This document shows, piece by piece, positions 9,473 through 20,076 of a stretch of DNA of 58,521 nucleotides. The first letter of the stretch is position 1, and every line of letters starts with the position of its first letter. The notes beneath the pieces were generated by a model, which saw only the letters and a program-made list of their open reading frames with translations, was not told the DNA's origin and ran no database searches. This DNA comes from Hyphomicrobiales bacterium (GTDB lineage Bacteria > Pseudomonadota > Alphaproteobacteria > Rhizobiales > WTKA01): the NCBI GenBank assembly GCA_011524605.1, contig WTKA01000037.1:1-58521 (forward strand). Direction: 5' to 3'. The position numbers were made by a program, and so were the translations under genes.

Positions 9473-10630
9473 TTAAATATATTGTGAGAAAAACAAATCC
9501 ATTTTATCTCTAGCTGTAATGATGTCTGCCTCATCTCTCGCATAAGAGATACGAATATATTTATGCCCACCCTCTGGATCAAAGTCATTACCCGGCGTTA
9601 CAGCAATTTTATGATCATTTAGTAATTTTTCACAGAGTATAGTTGCAACCAAATTCGTAAACTCAATATCTAAATATATATAAAAAGCACCATCCGCAGG
9701 CAAATAATTCATTTTTTTAGCATCAAAAAAGCTCAAGAGAATGTCTCTATTTCCTTGGTATTTTTTCAAGCTATCTTTGAATAAATCTTGATTTTGCAAA
9801 CAAGATAGAGCCGCGTTTTGAGAAATTGTTGGTGCTGAAATATATAAAGATTGCGCTAGTTTTTCAATTGGTCGGACAAGCTCTTCAGCTACAATAAGCC
9901 AGCCTATTCTCCAGCCTGTTAAACCAAAAAATTTGGAAAAGCTATTAACAACAATAGCATCTTTTGAAAAAGCGGCAGCTGTAGCTTCTTCTTTTCCATA
10001 ACTTATTTGATGATAAATTTCATCTGAAAGAAAGCGGATACCATGATTAGAACAAAAATCGCATGTTAGCTTTAATTCGTCAGGGCTAAGCATTGAGCCT
10101 GTCGGATTATTCGGGCTAGCTAAAAGAATACCATTGAACTTAAACTTTGCATGCAAAGCTTTTACTCTTTCGATATCAAAGCGCCAATCATTCTCACTAG
10201 AGTAATGATATTCAATTATTTCAAGGCCAAGTGCTTTTAATATATTTCGATATGCTGGATATCCTGGCACAGGCATTAAAATTTTATCACCTGGCTCAAA
10301 GCATGCTAAGAAACTTAGATTAAAGCCAGCAGAAGACCCTGTAGTAATTATAAATCGTTCTGGATCAATCTCAACATTGTAATAGTCTTTGTAATAAAGG
10401 CTAAGCTGCTCTTTTAGCTGTTGCTGACCGTTTGCAGGTGTATATCCCAGATAATCTGTCTGAATAGTTTTAGCTATTTTTTCTTTTATCTGCTGAGGCA
10501 ACTTAAAACTTGGCTGCCCAACTTCCATATGAATGACTTTATGCCCTTCAGCCTCAAGCTGTTGCGCCTTACTTAAAACATCCATAGCAATAAAGGGGGA
10601 GACATTTGCTCTTTGTGAAAGTTTGAGCAT
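9473..10630 (-). CDS. Class I/II PLP-dependent aminotransferase
   Basis: 385-aa ORF with the PLP-lysine motif NSFSKFFGLTGWRIGW and SPNNPTG motif. Confidence 0.8.
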   Translation of the reverse strand: MLKLSQRANVSPFIAMDVLSKAQQLEAEGHKVIHMEVGQPSFKLPQQIKEKIAKTIQTDYLGYTPANGQQQLKEQLSLYYKDYYNVEIDPERFIITTGSSAGFNLSFLACFEPGDKILMPVPGYPAYRNILKALGLEIIEYHYSSENDWRFDIERVKALHAKFKFNGILLASPNNPTGSMLSPDELKLTCDFCSNHGIRFLSDEIYHQISYGKEEATAAAFSKDAIVVNSFSKFFGLTGWRIGWLIVAEELVRPIEKLAQSLYISAPTISQNAALSCLQNQDLFKDSLKKYQGNRDILLSFFDAKKMNYLPADGAFYIYLDIEFTNLVATILCEKLLNDHKIAVTPGNDFDPEGGHKYIRISYARDEADIITARDKMDLFFSQYI

Positions 10631-10664
10631 AGCTCCCCCTTTATTATATTCTATTTAATGAATA

Positions 10665-11345
10665 CTATTGCTGTTCTTGTTCTTTACGCAATTTTTCAAG
10701 ATGTTCTTTACGTTTCTTTTCGGCTATTTCAAGCATGCGCTCATCCAGTTGCTTTTGTTGAGCAACTTGATCCTCAGCATTAAAACCTTCCCCATCAAAA
10801 GCTGCTGTAAAGCCTTTTAGCGAAACTGTGTAGCTTAACTCAGACACTCTAGGCGGTGGTGTTTTGAAAAAGACGCGCAAATTATTGCCAGCTTTCATAC
10901 GGCCAACAAGATCATTTTTCATTTCCAATTCAGCAAAACAACCATTTAATGCACAAATAGTGATTTTTCCAATTTCCACTTCGCCATCATCAATGCGTAC
11001 GGCAATACCTGGGGAAATTAAAATTGGCACGGGCACAAGGATAGAAAGCTGCTTTGGCTCAGTATCTGCTGAGTGACCAAGAGCAATCTGCCCTACAAGT
11101 AAGCCTTGAGGATTTCTGACATCACGTGACACAATACAATGACGCTTTTCAGGCTCAGTCGGGTTAGCATTACAGACTTTAATCCATTCTGCAGGATCAA
11201 AGTTTTGCTGCTGCGCTTGAGCTGTATTTCCTAGAGCGATAAAAAATCCGATTGCCAAGAAAATTTTTGATAATATTTTAGAATTTGCACTCAATTTTTC
11301 ATCTCTTTCTAAATTAAAATAAATGATTAGCAAAGTTGTATTCAA
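10665..11345 (-). CDS. Invasion-associated locus B (IalB) family periplasmic protein
   Basis: 226-aa ORF with a signal peptide (IFLAIGFFIALGNTAQAQ). It shows the IalB-like pattern W-x-K-x-C, LSILVP, and a C-x3-GC core, plus a lysine/glutamate-rich tail. The true start is probably downstream of the first ATG. Confidence 0.6.
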   Translation of the reverse strand: MNTTLLIIYFNLERDEKLSANSKILSKIFLAIGFFIALGNTAQAQQQNFDPAEWIKVCNANPTEPEKRHCIVSRDVRNPQGLLVGQIALGHSADTEPKQLSILVPVPILISPGIAVRIDDGEVEIGKITICALNGCFAELEMKNDLVGRMKAGNNLRVFFKTPPPRVSELSYTVSLKGFTAAFDGEGFNAEDQVAQQKQLDERMLEIAEKKRKEHLEKLRKEQEQQ

Positions 11346-11510
11346 AACGATAGAATTGATCTTGCGTTTAAATGTGTCATAGATAAGACTATATCTGATT
11401 CCAATGTTTATTTTACATTATGCCTAGTGGACAAGTGACGTTTTTTCAATATCTGTGATCAAAAAACAAGTCATTTTTATTAAAATAATTCAAATGAATG
11501 GAGACTATCT

Positions 11511-13304
11511 ATGCAAAATTATAGAAAAAAGGCATTTTTTATAACTCTATTATTTAGTCTCAATTTTATCTTTATCAAGACAGCGCTATCTGATGTCACC
11601 CATGCAATTTCAATGCGGGGTGACCCCAAATATGCCGCGACTTATTCAAATTTTGATTATGTTAATCCAAATGCTCCCCAAGGCGGCGAGGCAAAATATG
11701 GGGCTTCTGGCTCTTTTGATAGTTTAAATCGCTTTTCGGTTAAAGGGCGCGTGCCCGGTTCATTAAAATGGACAAATTTCATTTTCGAACCGTTACTCGT
11801 TCGCAGCTATGACGAACCTTTTTCTTTATATGGCCACATAGCGCAAAAAATTGATATGGCGGCTGATAGAACATCCATTACCTTTTTCATCCATCCAAAA
11901 GCACGTTTTTCAGATGGCAAAGCTTTAACAGTTAATGATGTTGAATTTTCTTTCAATAAGTTAAAAGAGCAAGGATTACCAGGGCATCGAAAACATTATG
12001 CAACAGTTACGACTTACAATGTAGATCAAACACAAAATTCTATCACATTTAACTTTGAACCTGATGGCAATCCTGAAGCACCATTGTTAATGGGTAATTT
12101 ACCCATACTACCAAAGCATATTTATGAAGATAAAGATCTTAATGCCTCCAGCCTAGATATCCCAGTGGGAAGCGGCCCTTATGTCATTGATGAGATGACG
12201 CCAGGTGATTTTATTACATTTAAGAAAAACCCTGATTATTGGGCTCAAAACATGCCTTCAGTGCGCGGTTTTTATAATATTGGCACCATAAGATATGATT
12301 ATTACCGAGATGCAACCGCAGTCAGCGAAGCTTTTAGAGCTGGCAATATTGCATTTAGACGGGAATCTGATCCTGAAAAATGGAAAAATGCCCTTGATTT
12401 TCCCGGTGGTAAAAATAGGCTTGTAAAAAAATCTGAATTTGAAATGAAACTGCCAAAACCTTATAAAGCCATTGTTTTAAATACAAGAAAAGCGCCATTT
12501 GATAATCGCAATGTAAGAAAAGCTATGGCAATTCTTTTTGATTCAGAATCGATCAATGAATTATTTTATGCCTCTGAATTTAGCCGTACCGAAGCAATTT
12601 TTTATGGCTCTATTTTGTCTCCTATAGGCAAAAAAGCATCTGAAGCAGAAGAAAAGCTTTTGCTAAATCCGCTAGAAGATAAAATCATGGAAGGTGATTT
12701 TGCTTTATTTGACAAGAATATTAAATTTAGAACGCGTATTCGGGCAGCTTTAAAATTATTAAAAGAAGAAGGCTGGCAGGTTAAAGATGGCGCGCTGACG
12801 CATCAAAATAGCGGTCAACCTTTTGCGGTTGAATTTCTTGTTCGAAGCGCAGAAACAGAACGTATTGCCCTCGCTTATCAGTCCATGTTAAAACGCGCCG
12901 GTATTACTTTGAATATTACCCAATCAGATTCTGCTCAATATACGAAACGCAAGCAAAATTTTGATTATGACATCATTCTCAATACGTGGTATTTTTCTCT
13001 TTCTCCTGGTGCTGAACAAGGCCTATATTGGACAACAACCGCAGCTGATACACCCGGCACACGCAATTATATGGGACTCAAAGATCCACAAATTGATAAT
13101 ATCGTCAAATATATTGAAAATGCGGCCTCTTACGACGATCTAACAACAGGTGTACAAGCGCTTTCTAGAAGCATTGCCAACAGCTATGCAACAATCCCCC
13201 TCTTCCACGTTCCTAAACAATGGGTCGCACATTGGGACTATCTGCACATGCACCCTACCCCATCTTGGTATGGGTCTATTGCAGAAACTTGGTGGATCGA
13301 ATAA
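11511..13304 (+). CDS. ABC transporter substrate-binding protein, family 5 (YejA/oligopeptide-like)
   Basis: 597-aa ORF with a signal peptide and family-5 solute-binding-protein length and motifs (FSDGKALTVNDVEFS, NPDYW). No cognate permease or ATPase genes are adjacent. Confidence 0.75.
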   Translation: MQNYRKKAFFITLLFSLNFIFIKTALSDVTHAISMRGDPKYAATYSNFDYVNPNAPQGGEAKYGASGSFDSLNRFSVKGRVPGSLKWTNFIFEPLLVRSYDEPFSLYGHIAQKIDMAADRTSITFFIHPKARFSDGKALTVNDVEFSFNKLKEQGLPGHRKHYATVTTYNVDQTQNSITFNFEPDGNPEAPLLMGNLPILPKHIYEDKDLNASSLDIPVGSGPYVIDEMTPGDFITFKKNPDYWAQNMPSVRGFYNIGTIRYDYYRDATAVSEAFRAGNIAFRRESDPEKWKNALDFPGGKNRLVKKSEFEMKLPKPYKAIVLNTRKAPFDNRNVRKAMAILFDSESINELFYASEFSRTEAIFYGSILSPIGKKASEAEEKLLLNPLEDKIMEGDFALFDKNIKFRTRIRAALKLLKEEGWQVKDGALTHQNSGQPFAVEFLVRSAETERIALAYQSMLKRAGITLNITQSDSAQYTKRKQNFDYDIILNTWYFSLSPGAEQGLYWTTTAADTPGTRNYMGLKDPQIDNIVKYIENAASYDDLTTGVQALSRSIANSYATIPLFHVPKQWVAHWDYLHMHPTPSWYGSIAETWWIE

Positions 13305-13353
13305 TTATGCCTGTTTAAAATATTTTTTATTGGGTGACAGAAAGCAAAAAAAC

Positions 13354-14577
13354 TTATTTCACCTTCAATGCCAGAGAAAAGCTTTGTGTTTCATTTCCTT
13401 GATTAGGATATCGAGGGATAAGACAAGTTGCAAGAAAGCTAAGACAGGCAAGTCCTGCACCAAGATAAAACACAAGACTATGATCAAAAAGCCATACAGC
13501 CCCAAGCAAGGCAGGTAAAAAGACTGCTGCGATATGATTGATGGTAAATACCACCCCGGCCGATGCCGCTATCTCAGTTTTATCGGCAATGCGTTTGAAA
13601 TAGCTTTCAAGCGCAATAGCGAGGGAAAAGAAGATATTATCAATAATATATAACAATGCCGCCAGCCAACTTACATCTACAAAAGCATAAAGGGTGAATA
13701 CGATAATCAAGCCTAAATACTCAATTTGCAACACAAATCTCTCGCCAAACCCAAGAACAAAACGACCAATATAAGGGGCGGCAATTGTGGTAATAAGGTG
13801 ATTTGCAAAAAATAACCCTGCAATCTCTAACACGCTATAATCAAACTTTTCAACTAATAGCAATGCCGCAAAAACAACGAATATTTGCCGTCTTGCGCCT
13901 GACAAAAATTGCAATAGATAATAGAGACAATATCGTTTGCGCAGAATTATTTTCATTTGCTGCGCATGTTTCAGCTTAAACGGTTTATAGGCAAACAGAC
14001 AATAAAGACTAATAATGATAGCTGCTAAGCCAAATAATAAAAATAATATTTTAAAATTCACTTCTAACCAATAGACAAAAGCAAGAACCAGCAGAAAAGA
14101 AATGGCGGCAACCGCTGAATCAATACTTCTTAACTTTGAACGTATTATTGGATAATCATCAGCCTCAAACATCTGCATCGGCAAGGATAAAAATACTGTA
14201 TAATAATAATGAAAACCAACAGACATTACAAATGTTGTGATGAAAAAGCCTGACCCTGTCGGGAAATATCCTGTTAGAGCAATACCAACGCCTAATAGAA
14301 AAACGGAAAAAGCGGCAAGCCTTTGCTCAGAAAGAACTAACAGCAAATAAACTGTTGTAAATGCTAAAAACCCAGGTATTTCACGAATTGAATGCGCCCA
14401 CCCCCACTCTAAGCCATCCATTTTTGCAGCATTGATTGCAAAATTAGTTGAAAGAATTGTCCAGCCTGTAAAGCTAAAAGCAACAGCCATCATAGTTAGA
14501 GCTAGATAGCCAAAAGGCGTTTTTTCCTTTAGTGCTTTGACTGTTTCAAACAAAATCATATCAATCAACCTAATCAA
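13354..14577 (-). CDS. MFS-type transporter
   Basis: 407-aa ORF that is hydrophobic throughout, with about 12 predicted helices and a basic central loop. Confidence 0.6.
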   Translation of the reverse strand: MIRLIDMILFETVKALKEKTPFGYLALTMMAVAFSFTGWTILSTNFAINAAKMDGLEWGWAHSIREIPGFLAFTTVYLLLVLSEQRLAAFSVFLLGVGIALTGYFPTGSGFFITTFVMSVGFHYYYTVFLSLPMQMFEADDYPIIRSKLRSIDSAVAAISFLLVLAFVYWLEVNFKILFLLFGLAAIIISLYCLFAYKPFKLKHAQQMKIILRKRYCLYYLLQFLSGARRQIFVVFAALLLVEKFDYSVLEIAGLFFANHLITTIAAPYIGRFVLGFGERFVLQIEYLGLIIVFTLYAFVDVSWLAALLYIIDNIFFSLAIALESYFKRIADKTEIAASAGVVFTINHIAAVFLPALLGAVWLFDHSLVFYLGAGLACLSFLATCLIPRYPNQGNETQSFSLALKVK

Positions 14578-14641
14578 AATATTATGAGATATAGTTATGT
14601 AACCATATAAGAATATTTACACTTGGCAAACCGATAAGCAT

Positions 14642-16471
14642 CTATTCAAGTGCTATGAGATATTCTTCTTCTATTAGGGAAAGTTTTTCTAGGATTTTTT
14701 CATGTTTTGTTGAAAGCTTAGCCATTTTATCCATATCAGCCATTATTTCAGGTTCTAACATCTTAGCTTCTATTAGATCACGCTCCTTTGAGTATTTTTC
14801 CAAATCAGCTTCGATCTTTTTCATGTTTGGCTTTTTCTTTGGCTCTTCTATTTTTATGTTAGCTGTTTTTTCTGCTTGCTTTTTTGATTTTGACTTTCGA
14901 TTTTGCGCCCTTTTATCTTCTTTCACAAGAGCCCGATAGCCTTCTAAATCCTCAGAGAAAGGCTTAACTTGCCCTGCACGGATCAACCAAATTTGATCTG
15001 AAACAGCCTCGATTAAATAAGGATCGTGACTAACTAAAATCACAGTGCCTGTATAATTATTCAGCGCATTAGTTAAAGCAGCTCGCGATTCTATATCCAA
15101 ATGGTTTGTCGGCTCATCCAACAACATGATATGCGGAGCGTGAAAGCTCATAAGGCAGAATAAAAGTCTTGCCTTTTCACCCCCTGAAAGCTTGCCAATT
15201 TGCGTATCTGATTTTTCTTTATTAAACCCAAAACGCCCGAGCAATGCGCGACATTGCGCCTCTTTATCTGCTTTCATAACTGCCATTAGGGCTTCATAGG
15301 GTGTTTGTGTTATGTCTAATTCATCAGTTTGATGCTGAGCAAAATAGCCAATCCGCAATTTGCCATGTGTTTGTTTATCACCACCTAGCAATGCTAATTT
15401 ATCCGCAATAACTTTGATTAAAGTGGATTTACCATTACCATTTTCACCTAAAAGGGCAATTCTATCACCTGTGCCAATCGACACATCAACATTATTTAGA
15501 ATGACCTTATCACCATAGCCAATTTTCGCTTTTTCAAGCGTAAAGATCGGTGTTCCCAAATCATCTGGCTCAGGAAATTTAAAGCCTATGGCTCGCTCTG
15601 AAATAACAGCATCAACCATATCCATGCGTTCAATCGCCTTCAAACGGCTTTGCGCTTGCTTTGCTTTCGTTGCTTTTGCACCAAAACGCTTAACAAAATT
15701 CATCAGATGGTCTTTATGTGCCTGTTGCTTTTCAAATAAAGCTTGCTGGTTCATGCGCTGTTGTGCACGCAAGGTTTCAAAAGTGTCATAGCTTCCTTTA
15801 TAAAGGGTTAGCTCTTGATTTTCTAAATGCACAACATGATTGATCGTTTTATTCAAAAAATGCCGATCATGGGAGATAAGCAAAAATGTACCTTGATATT
15901 GGTTGAGAAAATTCTCGAGCCAAATAACTGTCTCAAAATCAAGGTGGTTGGTAGGCTCATCCAGCAATAAAATGTCTGGATTTTGAAAAAGCACTGCTGC
16001 CAACGCAACGCGCATGCGCCACCCGCCTGAATATTCAGAGATTTTTCTTTGTTGCGCTGCTTCATCAAAGCCTAACCCAGCTAAAATAACACTAGCCCTA
16101 GCCTCAGCTGCATATGCATCAATAGCTTCTAACCGGTCATATATATAAGCAATTTTATCTGGATCTGTTTCTGTTTCCGCCTGCTTGAATAAATCAAGGC
16201 GCTCCTCATCAGAATCAATAACACTTTGTATCAAGCTTTGCTCAATGTCAGGCATTTCTTGGCGTACAATACCAATGCGAGCGCCTTTAATTGTATCAAT
16301 AGAGCCGCTATCTGCCTCAATCTCTTGGGAAATAAGCTTGAACAAAGTTGTTTTACCCGCACCATTAGGCCCAACAAGCCCCACCTTATGCCCTTTTGGG
16401 ACACTAAGATCTGTATTCTCGAGCAAAGTTCGGCCTGCAATGCGGTAAGTTAAATTTTTAATTGTGAGCAT
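14642..16471 (-). CDS. ABC-F family ATPase (Uup/YheS-like)
   Basis: 609-aa soluble ORF with two NBDs (GPNGAGKTT / SGGWRMR and GENGNGKST / LSGGEKAR), no TM segments and a Lys/Glu-rich C-terminal coiled coil. Confidence 0.85.
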   Translation of the reverse strand: MLTIKNLTYRIAGRTLLENTDLSVPKGHKVGLVGPNGAGKTTLFKLISQEIEADSGSIDTIKGARIGIVRQEMPDIEQSLIQSVIDSDEERLDLFKQAETETDPDKIAYIYDRLEAIDAYAAEARASVILAGLGFDEAAQQRKISEYSGGWRMRVALAAVLFQNPDILLLDEPTNHLDFETVIWLENFLNQYQGTFLLISHDRHFLNKTINHVVHLENQELTLYKGSYDTFETLRAQQRMNQQALFEKQQAHKDHLMNFVKRFGAKATKAKQAQSRLKAIERMDMVDAVISERAIGFKFPEPDDLGTPIFTLEKAKIGYGDKVILNNVDVSIGTGDRIALLGENGNGKSTLIKVIADKLALLGGDKQTHGKLRIGYFAQHQTDELDITQTPYEALMAVMKADKEAQCRALLGRFGFNKEKSDTQIGKLSGGEKARLLFCLMSFHAPHIMLLDEPTNHLDIESRAALTNALNNYTGTVILVSHDPYLIEAVSDQIWLIRAGQVKPFSEDLEGYRALVKEDKRAQNRKSKSKKQAEKTANIKIEEPKKKPNMKKIEADLEKYSKERDLIEAKMLEPEIMADMDKMAKLSTKHEKILEKLSLIEEEYLIALE

Positions 16472-16561
16472 AATGATTTATTTTACTGTGAATGTCGGTT
16501 ATCCGATAGCATGAATGAAACGTATAAGCTATATAGATTAAAATTTTAAGCTGGTTTAAGA

Positions 16562-18580
16562 ATGAGTATATTATTAGGCATTGATACGGGCGGCACATTT
16601 ACAGATGCCGTTCTGTTTGATGATACAAAAGAAAACGACAATCGCATTATCGCAAAGTCAAAGGCCTTAACATCCCACGCGATGCTAAGCGAAGGCATTG
16701 GCAAAGCAATTGAAAATGTTTTAAATAATGCTCCCTCTTTCAAAGAAGAGGATATTTCTCTTGTGTCCATGTCTACGACTTTGGCTACAAATGCTCTTGT
16801 TGAAGGGCAAGGCGGTAAAGTTGCGCTTATTTTCATTGGATTTGATGATGTTGATTTAGAGCGTACCGGATTACAAGAGACTATCAAAGATCATGTAATC
16901 CTGTCTATCGTAGGGGGACATGACCCTTATGGCAATGAAAAAGCGCCATTAGACTATAAAGCCCTAGAGCGTGCTTGCCTTCTTGCTAAACTAGACAATA
17001 TAGAAGCCTTTGCAATTGTTAGTCAATTTGCAATCCGCAATCCAGATCATGAAATTAAGGCTTGTGAATTTCTATCTAAAAAAACAGGCCTGCCCATCAC
17101 TTGCGGCTATGAATTGTCATCGCAATTAAATGGGCCCAAACGTGCGGTCACCGCCGTTTATAATGCGCAGCTGCTTAATAAAATTACGCATCTAATCTCA
17201 GCAACTCATGAAATTTTGGAAAGATTAAAAATAAATGCTCCTTTAATGGTTGTAAGAGGAGATGGCACGTTGGTTAGCGCGGCATTTGCAAAGCAAAGGC
17301 CGATAGAGACAATTCTTTCAGGCCCTGCGGCCTCTGTCATTGGTGCTTTTGAACTCACTGGTGAGAAAAATGCTTTAATTTCAGATATTGGTGGGACTAC
17401 AACAGATATTGCTGTGATAGAAAATGGCGAGCCCAAAATCTCCCCAAATGGCGCAAGTGTGGGCGGCATTGAAACAATGGTTGAAGCTGTTGACATGTCA
17501 ACCTTTGGCATTGGCGGAGATAGCGAGGTTTCAATTGAGCTGAAAGGGTTATCAAGTCATGTTTCCCTAGGCCCTAAGCGCGCCATCCCCTTATGCCTAT
17601 TAGCCCATAACTATTATGATCTCGTGCATCACCACTTAGACAATCAATTAGCACAAGAAAACACTAAAGCCAGCGATGCTAGATTTATCATTCCCAATGG
17701 CAAGCTGTCTATAGGGTCTTTATCAAACAAAGAGCAGGCCTTAGTTGAAAAAATCGGCGAGAAACCAATCAGCTTTGCAGAAGTCATCACAAAAAAACGT
17801 GAAAATAGCACTCTTAATGGCCTCGTGCAAAAGGGTGTTATGTCCCTATCTTCTTTTACACCAACCGATGCTATGCACTGTTTAGGTGCATTGGAATTAT
17901 GGGATCAAGAAGCATCAGTTAAAGCAGCTGAAATATTATCTAGACGTAAAAATGGCCGAAAAAATTCTATTGCTGAAAATGGGACGCAATTTTCTAACCA
18001 TGTAATCAGCGCATTAACTAGAAATTCTTCAAAATATATTTTTTCTGTAAGCTTAAAGTCAGATAATTTAGCAGAGCATGAGATGGCAGCACAAAGCTTG
18101 ATTGATATAATGTTTGAGCCGAATATAGAGCGGCAGACTTCGTTTATCAGACTTGGGCTATCAAAACCTCTCATTGCTACAGGAGCATCAGCCCATCTTT
18201 ATTATCCTAATATTGCCAAAAACCTCGACACAACAGCAATCATTCCAACCCATGCGGATGTTGCAAATGCAATTGGCGCCGTTGCAGGAAAGGTAAAAAT
18301 TCGTACTGAATTTACATTAAGCCGCCCTAACGACGATGTTTATCGCTTGCATATGCATAAAGAAACAAAAGATTTTTCATGCCTAAATGAGGCAAAACAG
18401 CATGCAGAGCAAAGCTTATCGAAGCATTTAACACATATATCAAAACAAGCTGGCGCAAACCATGTTGATATATCATTTGAATGGCTGAATAATTGGGCGC
18501 GCATAGAAGGCCAAAAAACGCTTATATCTGCACAGCTAAAGGGTGCTGCACTTGGCAAACCCGCTATCAAAAAAGCATAG
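16562..18580 (+). CDS. Hydantoinase/oxoprolinase (HyuA-like, ASKHA-fold) family protein
   Basis: 672-aa ORF with the N-terminal GIDTGGTFTD phosphate-binding motif and a second ISDIGGTTTD motif typical of hydantoinase A. No HyuB partner is present. Confidence 0.75.
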   Translation: MSILLGIDTGGTFTDAVLFDDTKENDNRIIAKSKALTSHAMLSEGIGKAIENVLNNAPSFKEEDISLVSMSTTLATNALVEGQGGKVALIFIGFDDVDLERTGLQETIKDHVILSIVGGHDPYGNEKAPLDYKALERACLLAKLDNIEAFAIVSQFAIRNPDHEIKACEFLSKKTGLPITCGYELSSQLNGPKRAVTAVYNAQLLNKITHLISATHEILERLKINAPLMVVRGDGTLVSAAFAKQRPIETILSGPAASVIGAFELTGEKNALISDIGGTTTDIAVIENGEPKISPNGASVGGIETMVEAVDMSTFGIGGDSEVSIELKGLSSHVSLGPKRAIPLCLLAHNYYDLVHHHLDNQLAQENTKASDARFIIPNGKLSIGSLSNKEQALVEKIGEKPISFAEVITKKRENSTLNGLVQKGVMSLSSFTPTDAMHCLGALELWDQEASVKAAEILSRRKNGRKNSIAENGTQFSNHVISALTRNSSKYIFSVSLKSDNLAEHEMAAQSLIDIMFEPNIERQTSFIRLGLSKPLIATGASAHLYYPNIAKNLDTTAIIPTHADVANAIGAVAGKVKIRTEFTLSRPNDDVYRLHMHKETKDFSCLNEAKQHAEQSLSKHLTHISKQAGANHVDISFEWLNNWARIEGQKTLISAQLKGAALGKPAIKKA

Positions 18581-18589
18581 GACAACCAT

Positions 18590-20062
18590 ATGCATGACTT
18601 AAAAATAGAAAGTCCTTTTCTAAAATTAGGCAGCTCATTTTATACGAAATTACTGCCAGAATCTGTAACAAATAAGCCTGAATTATTGCATTATAACCAA
18701 CGTGTTGCAGATCAAATTGGCCTTAATATTCCTGAAAGTAAATTGCAACAAGCTGACATGCTAATGCAGCTTTGTGGTCAAAAAATTCAAGATGGCGTTG
18801 AGCCCTATGCCATGGTTTACTCAGGCCATCAATTTGGTCACTGGGCGGGACAGTTGGGCGACGGACGCGCTCTTATGCTTGGACAATGCCGCAGCAAAGA
18901 TGATGCACTTTGGGATATCCAGTTTAAAGGATCTGGACGCACGCCCTATTCCAGATTTGGTGATGGACGTGCGGTTATTCGCTCATCAATCAGGGAATAT
19001 CTTTGTTCAGAAGCCATGTACCAGCTTGGTATTCCAACAACACAAGCCCTATGCCTAATTGCTACACAAGAAGATGTTATAAGAGAACAAATTGAGCCTG
19101 GCGCTATTCTAACCCGTATTTCTAATTCGCATATCCGATTTGGGCATTTTGAACATTTTTATCATAATGACGACGAAGAAAATTTGAGAAAACTAGCTGA
19201 TTTTGTCATTGATCAACATTATCCTCATTTTAAAGATTGTGCATCAAAATATCTAGATTGGTTTAAAACATTATGCGATCAAACCGCTCAACTCATTGCG
19301 CAATGGCAATCTGTTGGTTTTTGCCATGGGGTAATGAATACGGATAATATGTCAGCAATTGGCTTAACAATTGATTATGGCCCTTTTGGCTTTTTGGAAG
19401 ATTATAACCCCAATCATATTTGCAATCAAACTGACCACAGTGGTCGCTATGCTTATGCCCAACAGCCCCATATTGGTATGTGGAATCTTTATGCATTAGC
19501 AAATTGCCTACGCCCAATGGTGCCTTGGAATGATTTAATAGCAGCAATTGAAAAAGACTATGCCGCCAAAATTTCTAACTATTTTGCTATTCTTATGCGT
19601 GGAAAAATCGGTTGTGAACGAGAGGATAGCAAAGCGGATAATCTCTGGCAGTCTCTATTGAAAATTGCATCGGCGAGCAAAATGGACTTTACGCTTATTT
19701 TCAGACTCTTATCGCCAGAAGTTGATTTGCTACATGAAGAGTATGATGGGATTATTTCAACTGAAAAGGCGAGAAACGCCTTGAAAGATTGGCAAAAAAA
19801 CTATCACACCCATATGCAATCAATCAATCGAGCGAATGCTGATGTAAAAATTGGCATGAATCAAGTTAATCCTAAATATATCCTTAGAAACTGGCTTGCG
19901 GAAAAGGCAATTCGTGCTGCCGAAGACTATAATGATTACAGTGTTTTAGAATCAGTATTTAAAGTGATCTCTAACCCTTTTGAAGAACATGAAATACACT
20001 CAGAATTATCTAATCCGGCGACAGAAGAGCAACGCGGCATTGCCCTTTCTTGCTCTTCCTAG
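18590..20062 (+). CDS. selO: Protein adenylyltransferase SelO (YdiU/UPF0061)
   Basis: 490-aa ORF with SelO hallmarks: GDGRA twice, HGVMNTDN and DYGPFGF. It starts 9 nt after the hydantoinase-like gene. Confidence 0.88.
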   Translation: MHDLKIESPFLKLGSSFYTKLLPESVTNKPELLHYNQRVADQIGLNIPESKLQQADMLMQLCGQKIQDGVEPYAMVYSGHQFGHWAGQLGDGRALMLGQCRSKDDALWDIQFKGSGRTPYSRFGDGRAVIRSSIREYLCSEAMYQLGIPTTQALCLIATQEDVIREQIEPGAILTRISNSHIRFGHFEHFYHNDDEENLRKLADFVIDQHYPHFKDCASKYLDWFKTLCDQTAQLIAQWQSVGFCHGVMNTDNMSAIGLTIDYGPFGFLEDYNPNHICNQTDHSGRYAYAQQPHIGMWNLYALANCLRPMVPWNDLIAAIEKDYAAKISNYFAILMRGKIGCEREDSKADNLWQSLLKIASASKMDFTLIFRLLSPEVDLLHEEYDGIISTEKARNALKDWQKNYHTHMQSINRANADVKIGMNQVNPKYILRNWLAEKAIRAAEDYNDYSVLESVFKVISNPFEEHEIHSELSNPATEEQRGIALSCSS

Positions 20063-20071
20063 GATCAGGAC
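20059..20071. repeat. Short copy of the CTAGGNTCAGGA motif
   Basis: CTAGGATCAGGAC overlaps the selO TAG stop (20060-20062). It sits in the 14-nt gap between convergent selO and the AEC transporter gene. Confidence 0.4.
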
Positions 20072-20076
20072 TCTGC

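Noticed and set aside
13150-13518. 122-aa plus-strand ORF spanning the end of the binding-protein gene and the MFS gene 3' end
   Set aside because: It overlaps two confident genes and crosses the intergenic region. It has a lysine/cysteine-rich junk-like sequence and no RBS.
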